A stretch of DNA of 63,191 nucleotides, counting the filler, from Chiloscyllium plagiosum (lineage: Eukaryota), in NCBI RefSeq assembly GCF_004010195.1. It is 3 parts of one record of this genome, joined end to end, with 100 filler letters (N's around TTAATTAATTAA, not from the genome) between each part and the next. Parts side by side here need not be neighbours in the genome. Positions count along the whole stretch, not along the records: positions 50,133 to 63,191 come from NC_057716.1; 2 more parts are not named here. One strand, written 5' to 3'. The notes beneath the pieces were generated by a model, which ran no database searches, was not told the DNA's origin, and was given only the letters and a program-made list of their open reading frames with translations. Below are positions 50,360 to 62,020 of the stretch, in pieces. The position numbers and the translations under genes were made by a program. Each line of letters starts with the position of its first letter. Position 1 is the stretch's first letter.

Positions 50360-53300
50360 ACATTGTTAACAGTACCTTGTTTAATATGCCCCACTGGCCA
50401 GTGTCTGGCCTTATCCGTATCCAGTCCCACTTCCTGTTCAATTAATTTGCAGTGTTAAATATAGGTATATTTTCTGAAGGTGGGGAAGGTGTCATTCAGG
50501 CAGCTGTTTTCCAGGTATGGCTAATACTACAGCTATCTGTGGTGGATGCTGTCATACAAGAGTTTGCCTGTGTAGCTTAAAACCAACCTATTTTGCCACC
50601 CCTCGGTAGTTCTCAGATAAGTGTAGAGGGGTGCGCTTAAAGCCAGCTTTGGTCCATTGCTTATTTCATAAATTAAGTGTGTTTTATCTCCAGTTTTTCA
50701 GGGTATCTTTGACCTAAATCCAATCCTTTCTCTGGACCAATGGCCAAATATCCCAATTCAGTACACTTGCGAATGGAGTCCATGGGTTCGACACTTATAT
50801 AGCAATGCCTTAAACTCCCATTTACTCTCGTATACACCGCTTGCTGATTGTTGCATCCATGCATTTCAGTGTGGTCAGAGAATACCATCATCGCACTCGG
50901 CTGCCGTGGTAGGTGAGAACCACCTATAGCCAGGATAGTTCTCTCCTGGTTTGACTGGTCTCCTGGAAGTGAAATAGACGATAACAAGGAGGGGGTGATC
51001 ATTGCATGCTGCTTGATTCCTGAAAGAGTTTAGGGTAGTATATGTCATTATTTTATGTAATATCTTTATGGATTACCATCTACATGGTATTCCCAAACAT
51101 GGAGCTATGCTGATGTACACTTGACCTATGCTCCTTGATCACAATATTTTCTCATTATTTTAATTTTGTTCTTTAAGAATCATTTCATCACAGTTCCCCT
51201 TTTTATCCTAAACCTATCAGTCTTGGTCAGGTACCCATGTCTCTTGCCCAGTCTTTTTGAGGAATCTAACCCAATGTTTGAGTTGGAACAAGTTGGTGCA
51301 TGGGCACCTTAGAGAAAAGTTGAATGAATGAGAAACAATTTTAATACCACTGGCACCAGTGTAGTGTCATCAGAATGAGGAGTAAAATAAAAAAGAGACA
51401 AAAAGTGTCTGAAATTTTAAAAATTTAACGAAGCCTACAAATAGACCATGTTGTGAGGTTTTAAATATGAAAAGTAATGGTAGAAAATCGCAGACATTAG
51501 AAGAGTGTAGGTCAATGATGGTTACCAATTGGACTGTATTGTCAATAGTTGATACTAATCATACTTGTGTGGTATGATAGTGGGCTATGACAGGAGCCTC
51601 TTATGTGACCAAGATGGCCACCTGTTCAGGGCTTGTGGATACGAATGGCCAAATAAGAGTAACAATAACCATTGACTTTGGGCTAGTTTTAAAGAAATTG
51701 GGCATGAGATGAAGGGTAGTTGAGGGTATGTTGACCTCAGTACCTGGGTCAGTGACTGAATCAGGCTCCCTGTGTCCATATGTGTGCTGAGAGAGGCTTT
51801 CTGAAGAAGTGTGAGGGCTCTGACTACTGGTGATTTGTTTCTCTATAACGTTTTGCCTGGAGAGCCACAGCAAATGTCTCAGCAAAGGGACTGCCAAGGC
51901 CCGGATCAGTGTCTGAGAAATGCCTGGTCAGGATAAGGAACAAAGACTGGAACTGGCACAAAATCAGGATCAGGAAAAGATATTGGGACTGCCACCGGAT
52001 CAGCAGAGGCCACAGGAATTAGAATCAAGATCTATTTCTTCCATTCACTCCAAAAACAGGTGGTACTGGTGGCTATTGCTCTGAGTTCTGTATGCCTTTA
52101 ATTGGTTCACATGATGTCATCCAGTCTCTTCAGAGTCCAGTAAAATTTGTTGCACTGACAGGCTTGCCTTATCCACAACAGAATAAGGACCTGAATATTT
52201 TGACAGCTGCTGCCTTCTGTGCAGACTGTACATTGTTTAGCAGAATTTTTAGTGTTTTCATGGCTGAGGATTGTGACAAGTCCAGTTCTAGTAGGAATTT
52301 GATACCTCTCATGTGACATCCAGTCATTAAAACATGGGGAGTGAATCTAGTTGGGCTGGAAGGTTAGTTCCAAAGGATCATGAGGACAGGACCATGTTCC
52401 AGGTTGAGTTAGTTTGTTGGACAACCTTTCTCAGTATCCCTTTGAGGGTGCAGTTCATCGTCTCTACAATGCCACTCAAGTACAGATGGTAAGTGATATG
52501 AAACTTTTGGCAATACATTTATCACTCCCTGCATTACCTGGGCACCCTAATCAGATTGTATACAACATGGAAGACCCTACCAGGTAAACACATACTGTAT
52601 TAAAAGGTCCGCTGTAATTATAGCAGTGTTTGTCCAGGTTGGAAAGCTTCTATCCACTTACTAAAAATGTCCACGATGACCAAGATGTATTTGTATCCAC
52701 CTTTACAGGGTGGTAGGGGGCCAACATAATCTACTTGGAGATCTGTCCACAGTCTTGCTCCTGGCCTAATAGGTCTTAATTCTCCTTTTTTGGCAGACAT
52801 GTTGGTGTGGTTCTGGGCACAGGCAATACAATTTTTAACATAATGTTTTATCTCTTTACTCATTTCTGGCCACCAAAACATGCCTTACTTTTCTCTGCAG
52901 TAGTTTCTATTCCCTGATGGGGCTGGACATCGTGATGTCAATGAGTTATCTCGTTTCAGTCCTGGATCAGTACCACGAATCATCCATCTTTAAAGATGAG
53001 TCCATCTTTGTTGATCAGTCTGTCCTTCCTTTTACTATCAGAGGCAGGTTCTCTCCTGTATTCATTTTAAGTCACTGTCACTGCTCTGACCCTGTATAAG
53101 ATCTTCGAGTTTAGCTTGGTTCACAGCAATGGCATCTATCTACTACTGAATAGGAGGTTGCCATGATGCTCCCCTGTGGATACCCTGATTGGCCAATTCA
53201 TCTACCCTTATGTTCCCAGTTTTGGAAGTTCTATAATGGGTCCTAACATTTAATGATGCTTTTCTCACAGCCTTAGGCAGTCTGGACAATAAATTTAAGC

Positions 53301-55240
53301 AGTAGTGTGGACAGTAAAGGTTTTCTATTGGCTGAGACAAATCCTCTGGTTTCCCACAGTGGCAGGAAACATGCTCTCTGAGTGTATGCCTTGGTGAGGA
53401 GATCTTTTCAGGGTGGCTTACCTCCTGGGCTATGGCTGCTAGTTCAGCAGCTTGAGGGCCCATTTTATCCAGAAGCTTTAGCCCTAATTCTAACAGGGAT
53501 TCACCTCTGTGGCTCTCCACATTATATATATCAGACCATATCTTTTGGTGTCCATCTTCCACCATAAAGGATGTAGCTACAAATATTTTTACAGGGCTGC
53601 TTGTCCACAAATTTCCATGGGTCTTTCTATGTTATGTCTTGGTACAAACGGTCCCTTGGGATCATCCGTTGCTGCTACCTGCACTCAGAGGGTCCCCTCT
53701 GTAGCTCAGGTTGTTGGCCAGGTGGGCTGGAGGGTTAGTTCCATAGGATCATGAGGACAGGACTATGTTCCAGGTTTAATCATAATATTACAGCCTGCAG
53801 CATAGGGTCAAGCATGATATGTGGTTTTGGCTGACTGTACCACCTTTAATTCAGCCCTCCAATAAATGTTGAATAGGATTATGCTGTATGAGAATAAGGG
53901 ATTCAGTTCACTGATATAAGTTCACAGCCCAGAACATGCTTACAAGTGCTTTTCACAAACACAATACCAGTTATGGGCTGGGTACTGGCAGGTGGGACTA
54001 GATTGGGTTGGGATATCTGGTTGGCATGGATGAGTTAGACTGAAGGCTCTGTTTCTGTGCTGTACATCTCTATGACTCTAAAAGCCTTGTTCTACAGGGG
54101 ACAGGAGCTGGGAGGCATAGACTACCAGTTTGAGTCTGTTATGGCACTTTTGGAGGAGCATGGCTGCAAGTTTGGCATCTATGGCTATAACTTCCAAGAC
54201 AAATAAAACCCTGGGTCAGTAACTTGCAATGCTGGGGCCTTTGCTAGGGCCTGCTTCAGTTCTGAGGCAGCTTCTATATGCTAGGAGAAAGTGTGGACTG
54301 CAGATGCTGGAGATCAGAGTCGAGAGTGTGATACTGAAAAAACACAGCAGGTCAGGCAGCATCTGGGGAGCAGCAGAATCGATGTTTTGGGCATAAGTCC
54401 TTCATCAGCTTCTGCATGCTGCTCAGTCTATTCCCACAAAGCTCTTTTTAAGAAGGTCAGACAGGAGTGGCTTTAATGACAACACCATCCAATGTGGTTT
54501 TGTTAATATTCCACTAAACCCAGAAAAACATGCAACAACCTCATATCTATGGAAATATGCAAATGGACTATGGTCTTGATGTGATTCTTTTCTATCTCAT
54601 GTTTCTCCTGCATTATTACAGTTTTCGATTATGAGACTGGAACATCATGATTTATGCCTTCTTTGGTTTGATCTTTAAGAGAGTTAACAATTCCTAAATA
54701 TTTTGTTTTCCTGTCAGTTCGACAGAGGAGTTTGTCTAGGTTCTCCCAACCCTTGGATGCTGCCTGACCCCCTGTGCTTTTCCAGCGCCACACTTTTAGA
54801 CTACAGTTTTAAACAGACTGGTCGGAAAAATGCTTCCAGCCCTTGAGCCAATCTCTGGTGAAAGATAGAGGGAGGAGTTGGATATCCACTGCTGGCCCTG
54901 GAATGTAAAAGCACATTTATATTAGCATTGCCTGAAGTGGGATAGACCAAACTCTTTTGCTGATTTTATCTTACTGTGGCTTTTATCTAACCATCTGCAG
55001 TCAATACTGAATCACCAGTAGTTGTGTAGTTTCCTAACTTGCCAGATTGGTAAATTGTTCATGGAAGCCACAGGATGCAGGACTGCCGATACTGTAAAGC
55101 CATTTATGATCTTGGCTACATCATCCTCTGCCTGCTTCAGAAAGGTGCACTTGTCTTCGCAGTTTTGGTTCCAGTTCATCAATCAGCACCTCACTAGTCA
55201 CGTGACCACAGTCATGTTTATGGCTGGCAAATGCCTGACA
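50360..55240 (-). mobile_element. Degenerate endogenous retrovirus-like element: RT, tether, RNase H, integrase, env-like region; interrupted by Penelope and CR1 fragments
   Basis: Stop- and frameshift-ridden minus-strand translations. RT, about 54420-55240: AFASHKHDCG, NLPIWQVRK, WSIPL, YKCAFTFQGQQW, SIFHQRL, FLGLVEY. Tether, about 53780-54280: LKQALAKAPAL, VYASQLLSPVEQGF, CEKHL. RNase H, about 53160-53590: QAAELAAIA, GNIRVDELA. Integrase, about 52090-53010: HHCC finger, LQVDYVGPLPPCKGGYKYILVIVDIFSKWIEAF, SGIVETMNCTLK, GPY, HVNQLKAY. Confidence 0.88.
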
Positions 55241-56569
55241 TGGAAAGATATAATTGTTCCCTCAATGTCACTAGGCCAAAATCCTGGAGTTCTCTTCCTA
55301 AAGGTGTTGTGAGTCTACCTGTAGCTCATGGACTGTGGTGGTTCAAGAGAGTACCTCACCATTACTTTCTCAAGGACCACTAGTAATGGGCAAGAAATGT
55401 TAGCCAGAAAGCGACAGGCCACAATCCAAGACTGAATTTTTAGTGCGCCTTCTCCTCTCTATCCTCCCAGTCTTAAATATGGAGGCTCTCCCCAGGGCTC
55501 CGCCAGTGCTGAAATCACACATCATGCCCTTCGCAGGAGGAACCAATGAAGTGACTACTTTCCATATTTGGAGATCATAGAATATCGTACTGAAACTTTA
55601 ACTGTCAAGTGCTATCCTTGTCACATTACGCTCAGGCCTCCTACTGAGTTGGGTGCCACCAAGTCTGCTGACCTTAATTCTAACGAACCATTTGACTGGA
55701 GACGGAAACAATGGTTCATTCTGAAACAATGGGTCCGTTAGCTTCTGGCCAGTCAATGCCAGGTCTGCCTAGTTTCTGTGAGAAGATGATTGTCTAAGAC
55801 CTGGCGGCGTAAGTACTATCTGTTCCAGCTCTGCAATGTATAAATTGCAGAGTCCGGCTAGGTTTAAACATGGCTTCCACATTTCCACATGGCTAATTTG
55901 TTAACTCTCTTGCATCTGAAATCATGAAAAAAAAGTCATTATTTCTGTAAAAATCAGGAGTTCATGGGCCACCTGACCACAATGGTTTATTCTTGCTCTT
56001 AATTTGCATGTTGGTCTGCTCATATCTTGATTGTTAAACATAGAAACGTAGAAAATAGGAGCAAGCGCAGTCTTTGAACCGGTTCTACATTTCAATATGA
56101 TTATGACTGATCATTAGCCTGTTGTAATACGTTTCCCCCATATCCTTTGATCCCTTTACTCCCAAATGCTATATCCAACTCCTTCTTGAAATCATTTAAT
56201 GTTTTTGCCTCAAAGAAAAACAAAGAACAATGGATCAAAAACAAAAATTGCTGGAAAAGCTCAGCTGGTTTGGCAGCATTCTTGGGGAAAAAAATCAAAG
56301 TAACATTTCAGGTTGAATGACCCTTCTTCAGAATGGAAGTTTTTGAACTAAAATGTTTTGGCCTTAACAGCTTTTTGTGATAGTGAATTCCATAAGCTCA
56401 CCGCTTTGTGGTTAAAGAAATGTATCCTCATTTTAGCTCTAAATGGTTTATCTTGTACCCTTAGACAGTGACCCCTGGTTCTGGATTTTCCACCATCATA
56501 ACATTAGTCTTGCATTTCTGACCTGTGGCTCATTCGTTAACTCTCTTGTAATCATTTGTTCTTGTGTTT

Positions 56570-56940
56570 AAATGCTACTCCAGAGCTTAAATACTAAAAT
56601 CAAGACCGATATTCAGTGGTAGTGCCATGTTGTTAGCTTTTGAATAAGATGTGAAATTGAAGCCCCAACTACCTGTGCAGGTAAATGTAAAAACTGTTTG
56701 CTTCACACTGTTTCAACAAAGAGTAGGGGAGTTAATCCAGTTTTCTGGCCAATACCTATCCCTCAAGCGACACAGTAACAAACCAGTTATTTTATCATCA
56801 TGACATTATTATTTGTTAGAATTTGCTGAATACAACTGGTTGCTGAGTTTCCTGCATAACTGTGATTACATTGCAAATTTTTCATTAATTCTAAAGTGAT
56901 CATGGAAGGTGCTACATAAGTGCAAGTCTTTCTTTTTTTT
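56570..56940 (+). mobile_element. Diverged DeuSINE (SacSINE1/AmnSINE1-like)
   Basis: Resembles the recalled Deu-domain consensus (aagagtaggggagtt..ctggccaata..tatccctcaa ... gctacataagtgcaagtctttcttt). Confidence 0.6.
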
Positions 56941-59339
56941 AACAACCTGGTCACTTCTCTTGTTTGACATCTCCAATTTCACACTTCCTCCTGCTGCTAC
57001 CTTACACTTAACTTGAACATCACTGTATATTCTCCCTTACCTTTCTAGCTTCGCCCCTGCCTCTGATTTCCTCTCCACCCTTATCTTTGCTTTCCCTGTC
57101 TCTATATAGACCTTATTTCCATCTCTTCATCACTTAGACTTCTTACTTCTCGTGATTTATCACTTTTTCATCTGTCTGAGAAAGAATGTGAAGAGAAAAA
57201 GGTAAAGGAAAGAATAACAGAAGAGCACAAGAGCAGAAAGTTCAGAGGAAAGGAAAGGGAAAATGGGCAAACTGAGCTGAAGTTGAGAATGGCCTCGATC
57301 TCGAATAAAATGGTGAAATAAGTTCAATTGTCAAAATGGTCTATTCCCATTTATCTCTCCACCCTGGAGGCTCCCTGCCTCTAATCCTGATGAAGGGCTT
57401 TTGCCTGAAACATCAATTTTCCTGCTCCACGGATGCTGTGCTTTTCCAGCACCACTCTGATCTAAACTCTGGTTTCCAGCATCTGCAGTCCTCACTTTTG
57501 CCTACTCCTATCCTGTTTTGTACATCCTCTGAAGCTCATTTTTGTTGTCCTTGTCCTTTTCTTACTTTCTTCCCCTGCATGCTCCATCTGCAATTTGCTT
57601 TGTTTATTCTGCTTTGCTTCTGTTTAATTAACTTCCCTCATTTCATTTTTCTTACCTCCAGCATGACACTTCTCCATTTTCTCTTCTCTTTCATTTTCTC
57701 TGCTGTTTCAATTCATGTTTGTATTCCATCCCTTCTTACTTTTCTATTTCCCACTCCATTTCCACTCTTTGCCATTTATTGCTGCAACAATTTTCAACCT
57801 TGCTCACTGCTGTGTCTGCACAATCTCACAGGACTCTGTAGCAGAGGGGTTGGTGGCCCATTAAAATATCATTGGAAGGTCTAGAGTTACTGACCATAGA
57901 AGCAGCAGGTAGCAACGGGAATGAACCAAACCCTGGTAGTCCCATTGAGGGATCCACAGAGAATTGCAATTGTGGGAGTTAGATTAAAAGGCAGACAAAT
58001 AAACTCCAGCAGAAAGACTCCTGGGCATGCTACGACATAAAGGGGAATGCTTGTTCTGTGACTTCTGTGAGTTCAAATGCAAAAAGCAGTCACAGTGGCT
58101 CCTGAGAATTGTACTCATGGGAACAGATAGATTTAAGACAAGCTTTGTTAGCTTGTTTACTTGTGGCACTGGGCAGGATATGCCATATATTCCAGGGTTG
58201 ATACTTTAATAGAAAACACAGACTGCAATCGACCTTTAATTTTTATTATTAATTAAGAAGGCCTGCATTTTGCAACACATTGTAATCATTTGTATACTTA
58301 AATCTAACATCTTGCAAATTTATGATTTATTATAAAACACAGGCTCAACCATCTTGATCGACTGCTAGCTCAGATGCACATTTTAATGCAAAGATATCAA
58401 ATGGTTTCAAGCAGCTTAAAAAGTAAAATTGATCAGTATTTGACTAAATGCTTGGCCACATGAAAAGAAGATATTCCCAGGGTATAGCCATTGCTGAGGA
58501 GATCATTATTTGTTGCCCATCCCCAATTCCCCTGGAGAAGATGGTGGTGAGCTGCCTTCTTAAAACACTGCAGTACATGTGGGATAAAGGATGGGTGCAT
58601 CAAGATATTGAACTAGTGACAGTGAAGAAATAGCAATATAGATCCAAGTCAGGATGACACATTCCTTGAAGAGGAAGTTGTAGGTGGTAGTGTTCTGGTG
58701 GACATTCGAGGTGGTAGAAATCACAAGTCTGGAATGTGTTATCAAACAAACCTTAGAAATGTTATTTCTGCATATATAAACAGTACTGAATTTTTCAAGA
58801 TGATTTCAAGAAAATTTATTGTATTTTGAAGGACTTAACTTATTGGTTTACCATGATCAAAAATTTCAAGAGTTCTTTTTCACAAATCAGTTGTATGAGG
58901 CAAACTCAAAATGATAGTTTCAACTTTCCCAATTAATTCCATTATCAGGTGTCTTAAGTTGTAATACTGAATCTGTGACATTCCTTTATTACAGGTAGCT
59001 ACAGGAGATTAGCAATAGGAATCATGCATTAGCTTGGGACATATCTGACTTCAAAGATTATTGCATAACACTTGACTAAACCAGACAGCAGATGTGAGGA
59101 TCACAATTTGTGACTGCTTTCCACCAAGTCAAGATGATGTTTGCAGAAATGTATTTCTACATTGTGTACTAGTAAGATTACTGTAAATATCTGATCCCTA
59201 GCTATGTTGAATTTTCACTTTAATTTGTGGTGGCCATTAAACACATGTACCTAATGTCAGAAAAGGTGCAGCTGAGATTGAGTGGATTTTCAGAAGCCTA
59301 ACAGAGCCAATTACTGTAAGAAGAATTCTAACTGCAGTC

Positions 59340-60120
59340 TGCGAGCTTTGATTTTCCATTCCCTGCTGATGTGGAAATGAAAGGAGATTTGAGACAAAAT
59401 TGATTTTTTTTTCCAATCTCAGTAGCAAACCTATGAAATAGACATAGAACTAAATAAGGCGACTGAACAAATAAGAATAGTGACTTTCTTATCAGTAGCT
59501 GAGAAAGAATGCTAAAAGTTGTATTATACCTTTACACCTCATTGAGGAGCAGATAATCCAGATGAAAGAGATTGTTAAAGCTTTGAAGACATATTTTGAA
59601 TAATCTACTAATGTTATTTATGAACAGCATATGTTCAACAACAGATTTCATTGAGAGAGAGAGAGAGACAACTGATCAATATGTGTTGGCACTGACATTT
59701 CTAATGGAATCTTGTGAATTTGAACAACTGAAAGATGATCCATCAGAGATAGGATTGTCTTAAGCATAAGAGATTGCAACATGAGAGCATGTCTGCTGAG
59801 AGAGGAAAAATGCAATTTCAAGAAAACTATTAATATGTGCAGAAGCTCTGAAGTTGTCAATCATTAGCAAAGAGCATATGAATGGAAGAACAGATATGCA
59901 TTTAATTATGTTGACATACATTCCAGATTGAATGAGAGTAACATATTGGAAGAAACAAAGAAATGTTTACAGAGGAACCAGCAGAATGATCAAGGTCAGA
60001 ATGCAGTAAGTAACCATTGTGGAGGAGACATCACTAAAGAAACAAAAACATGTCCAGTATGGGAAAAGTTATTGCCTAACATGTGATTAAAGTGTGAACC
60101 TCAATGCAAGTTGATTGACA
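59340..60120 (+). mobile_element. Ty3/Gypsy (Mag-like) LTR retrotransposon gag remnant
   Basis: Degenerate translation FPFPADVEMKGDLRQN*FFFQSQ*QTYEI...NVIYEQHMFNNR...DQYVLALTFLMESCEFEQLKDD..RDRIVLSIRD..MRACLLRE..TINMCRSSE, followed by a decayed Cys/His knuckle region. Confidence 0.75.
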
Positions 60121-60234
60121 AAAATTGAAAGTCATATTGTGGAAGAAGAAGCTTCTTTCACTTGAATCGAACAACTGGCAACAATGGCTCAACATGCTTT
60201 GGAAGCCAACAGAGACATTTTTTCACATCAGAGA

Positions 60235-62020
60235 GTGGCGGGAATGGGCGGAAGTAAAGGCAGAGTGCAGAGCCGGTCGGGAAGGTAAGTGATTGTTATT
60301 AGAGTGGGTGTGTTCTAGACCCAGGTCCTACAAAGTAGGGCCTCCCTCCCTCCCTCCTCCTCTAACCTAAATTAAGAGTCCACAGACTTGCCCCAAAAAG
60401 AAGGTCCAAGGAAGTTCCTGTGGATTGAAGAGTGAGGCTTTAGCTCAGGAGTCTTTGACAAGGAGGTTGAGTGAAGAGATTACGCGACAATTAAAGAGGG
60501 TGAAGACATGACTGCCAAGCTGGTTCAGTGTGCTACGTGCTTGATGTGGGAGGTCAAAGACTCTGGTGTGTCTGGCTCGTATAAGTGTGGAAAGTGTGTG
60601 CACGTTCAGCTACTGACAGAGCATATTGCAGCACTGATGAAAGAACTCGAGGACCTTAGGCTCATCAGTAGAGACAGATGACACTGCCAGTCCGCAAGGC
60701 AGCCAGGTCTGTCAATCAAAAGTTGGCACAGAGGCAGAGCGGAAGAGTCAGACATCGCACAGAGCCATGGTAATAGGGGACTCCATAGTGAGAGGAACTG
60801 ACTGGGGTTTTTGTGGCAGCAGGCAGGACTTAAGGATGGTGTGTTGCCTTCCTAGTGCCAGGGTTAAAGACATCACAGAGTGCAGGAAATCCTCAAGGAC
60901 GAAGGTGAAGAGCCAGAGGTGGTGGTACATGTCGGCACAAATGATGTCGGGAAGAGTAGGAGGAACATACTACAGTGGGACTTCGGAGAACTAGGAAGAA
61001 GGCTGAAAAGCAGGACGTCCAAGGTGATTATCTCCGGTTTGCTTCCAGTTCCTCGGGCTGTGAGGCCAGAAACAGGGAGATAATGGACTTGAACGTGTGG
61101 CTGGGGAACTGGTGCAGGAAGCACGGATTTAAATTCTTGGATCACTGGGGTGTGTTTTATGGTAAGCATAAATTCTACAAGAGAGACGGTTTGCACCTTA
61201 ATAGGTTAGGGAACCAGCATTCTGACAGGCAGGTTTGCTACTGCAACACAGCTACTTTTAAACTAAGTAGCGGGGGAGGAGGGGACAAAATGGATGTTTA
61301 AGAAGGAAATTGAAGGGAAAGTTAGAACAAGAGAAGTCAAGAAAGACAACTGTATCAATGAGGCAGAAAACTCAGAAAGGGATCATGCTGTAAGGTTGAG
61401 TGAAATAGGAGTTGATGGGAAGGGTGAGGGCAGTAACAAATTAAAAATACTATACATGAATGCACGAAGCATTAGAAATAAGATGGATGAGTTTGAGGCT
61501 TTTTTGGAAATTGGCAGATACAATATCGTGGGGATAACTGAGACGTTGCTTCAAGTGGACAGGGCCTGGGAAATGAATATTCAAGGCTACATGTGCTACC
61601 ATAAGGACAGACTGACGGGCAGAGGGAGTGGGGTGGCCATATTGGTAAGGGATGATATTCAGTCCCTTGCGTGGGGGGGACCTAGAATCAGGGGATGTAG
61701 AGTCAGTGTGGATAGAGCTGAGAAATACTAAGGGTAAAAAGACCTTCTTGAGAGTCATCTACAGGCCCCCAAAAAGTAGTCTGGATGTTGGATGTAAGTT
61801 GAATCAGGAGCTGAAATTGGCCTGTCGCAAAGATGTTACTACAGTTGTTATTGGGGATTTCAACATGCAGGTAGACTGGGAGAAAAAATGAGGTACGAAG
61901 GTAAACTTGCCAACAATATAAAGGAGGATAGTAAAAGCTTTTTTAGGTATGTGAAAAGCAAAAAAATGGTGAAGACTAAAATTGGGCCTTGAAGACAGAA
62001 ACAGGGGAATATATTATGGC
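60235..62020 (+). mobile_element. CR1-clade LINE 5' part: 5'UTR, ORF1 (Zn finger and esterase), endonuclease
   Basis: VQCATCLMWE..YKCGKC, VIGDSIVRG, VVHVGTNDVG, ILYMNARSIRNK..VGITET and VIYRPP motifs. Confidence 0.88.

Noticed and set aside
55648..55658. tggcacccaac on the minus strand as a tRNA-Lys primer-binding site for the ERV
   Set aside because: Only 11 nt with a mismatch, no adjacent LTR ending in CA, and too close to RT to leave room for gag-pro.
57336..57884. 182-aa hydrophobic ORF
   Set aside because: Penelope terminus fused to a pyrimidine-rich tract; no domain features.
59237..59428. Minus-strand ORF with AG/GT boundaries as a possible upstream PLA2R1 exon
   Set aside because: No CTLD, FnII or ricin motifs; it overlaps the plus-strand Gypsy gag remnant in antisense.
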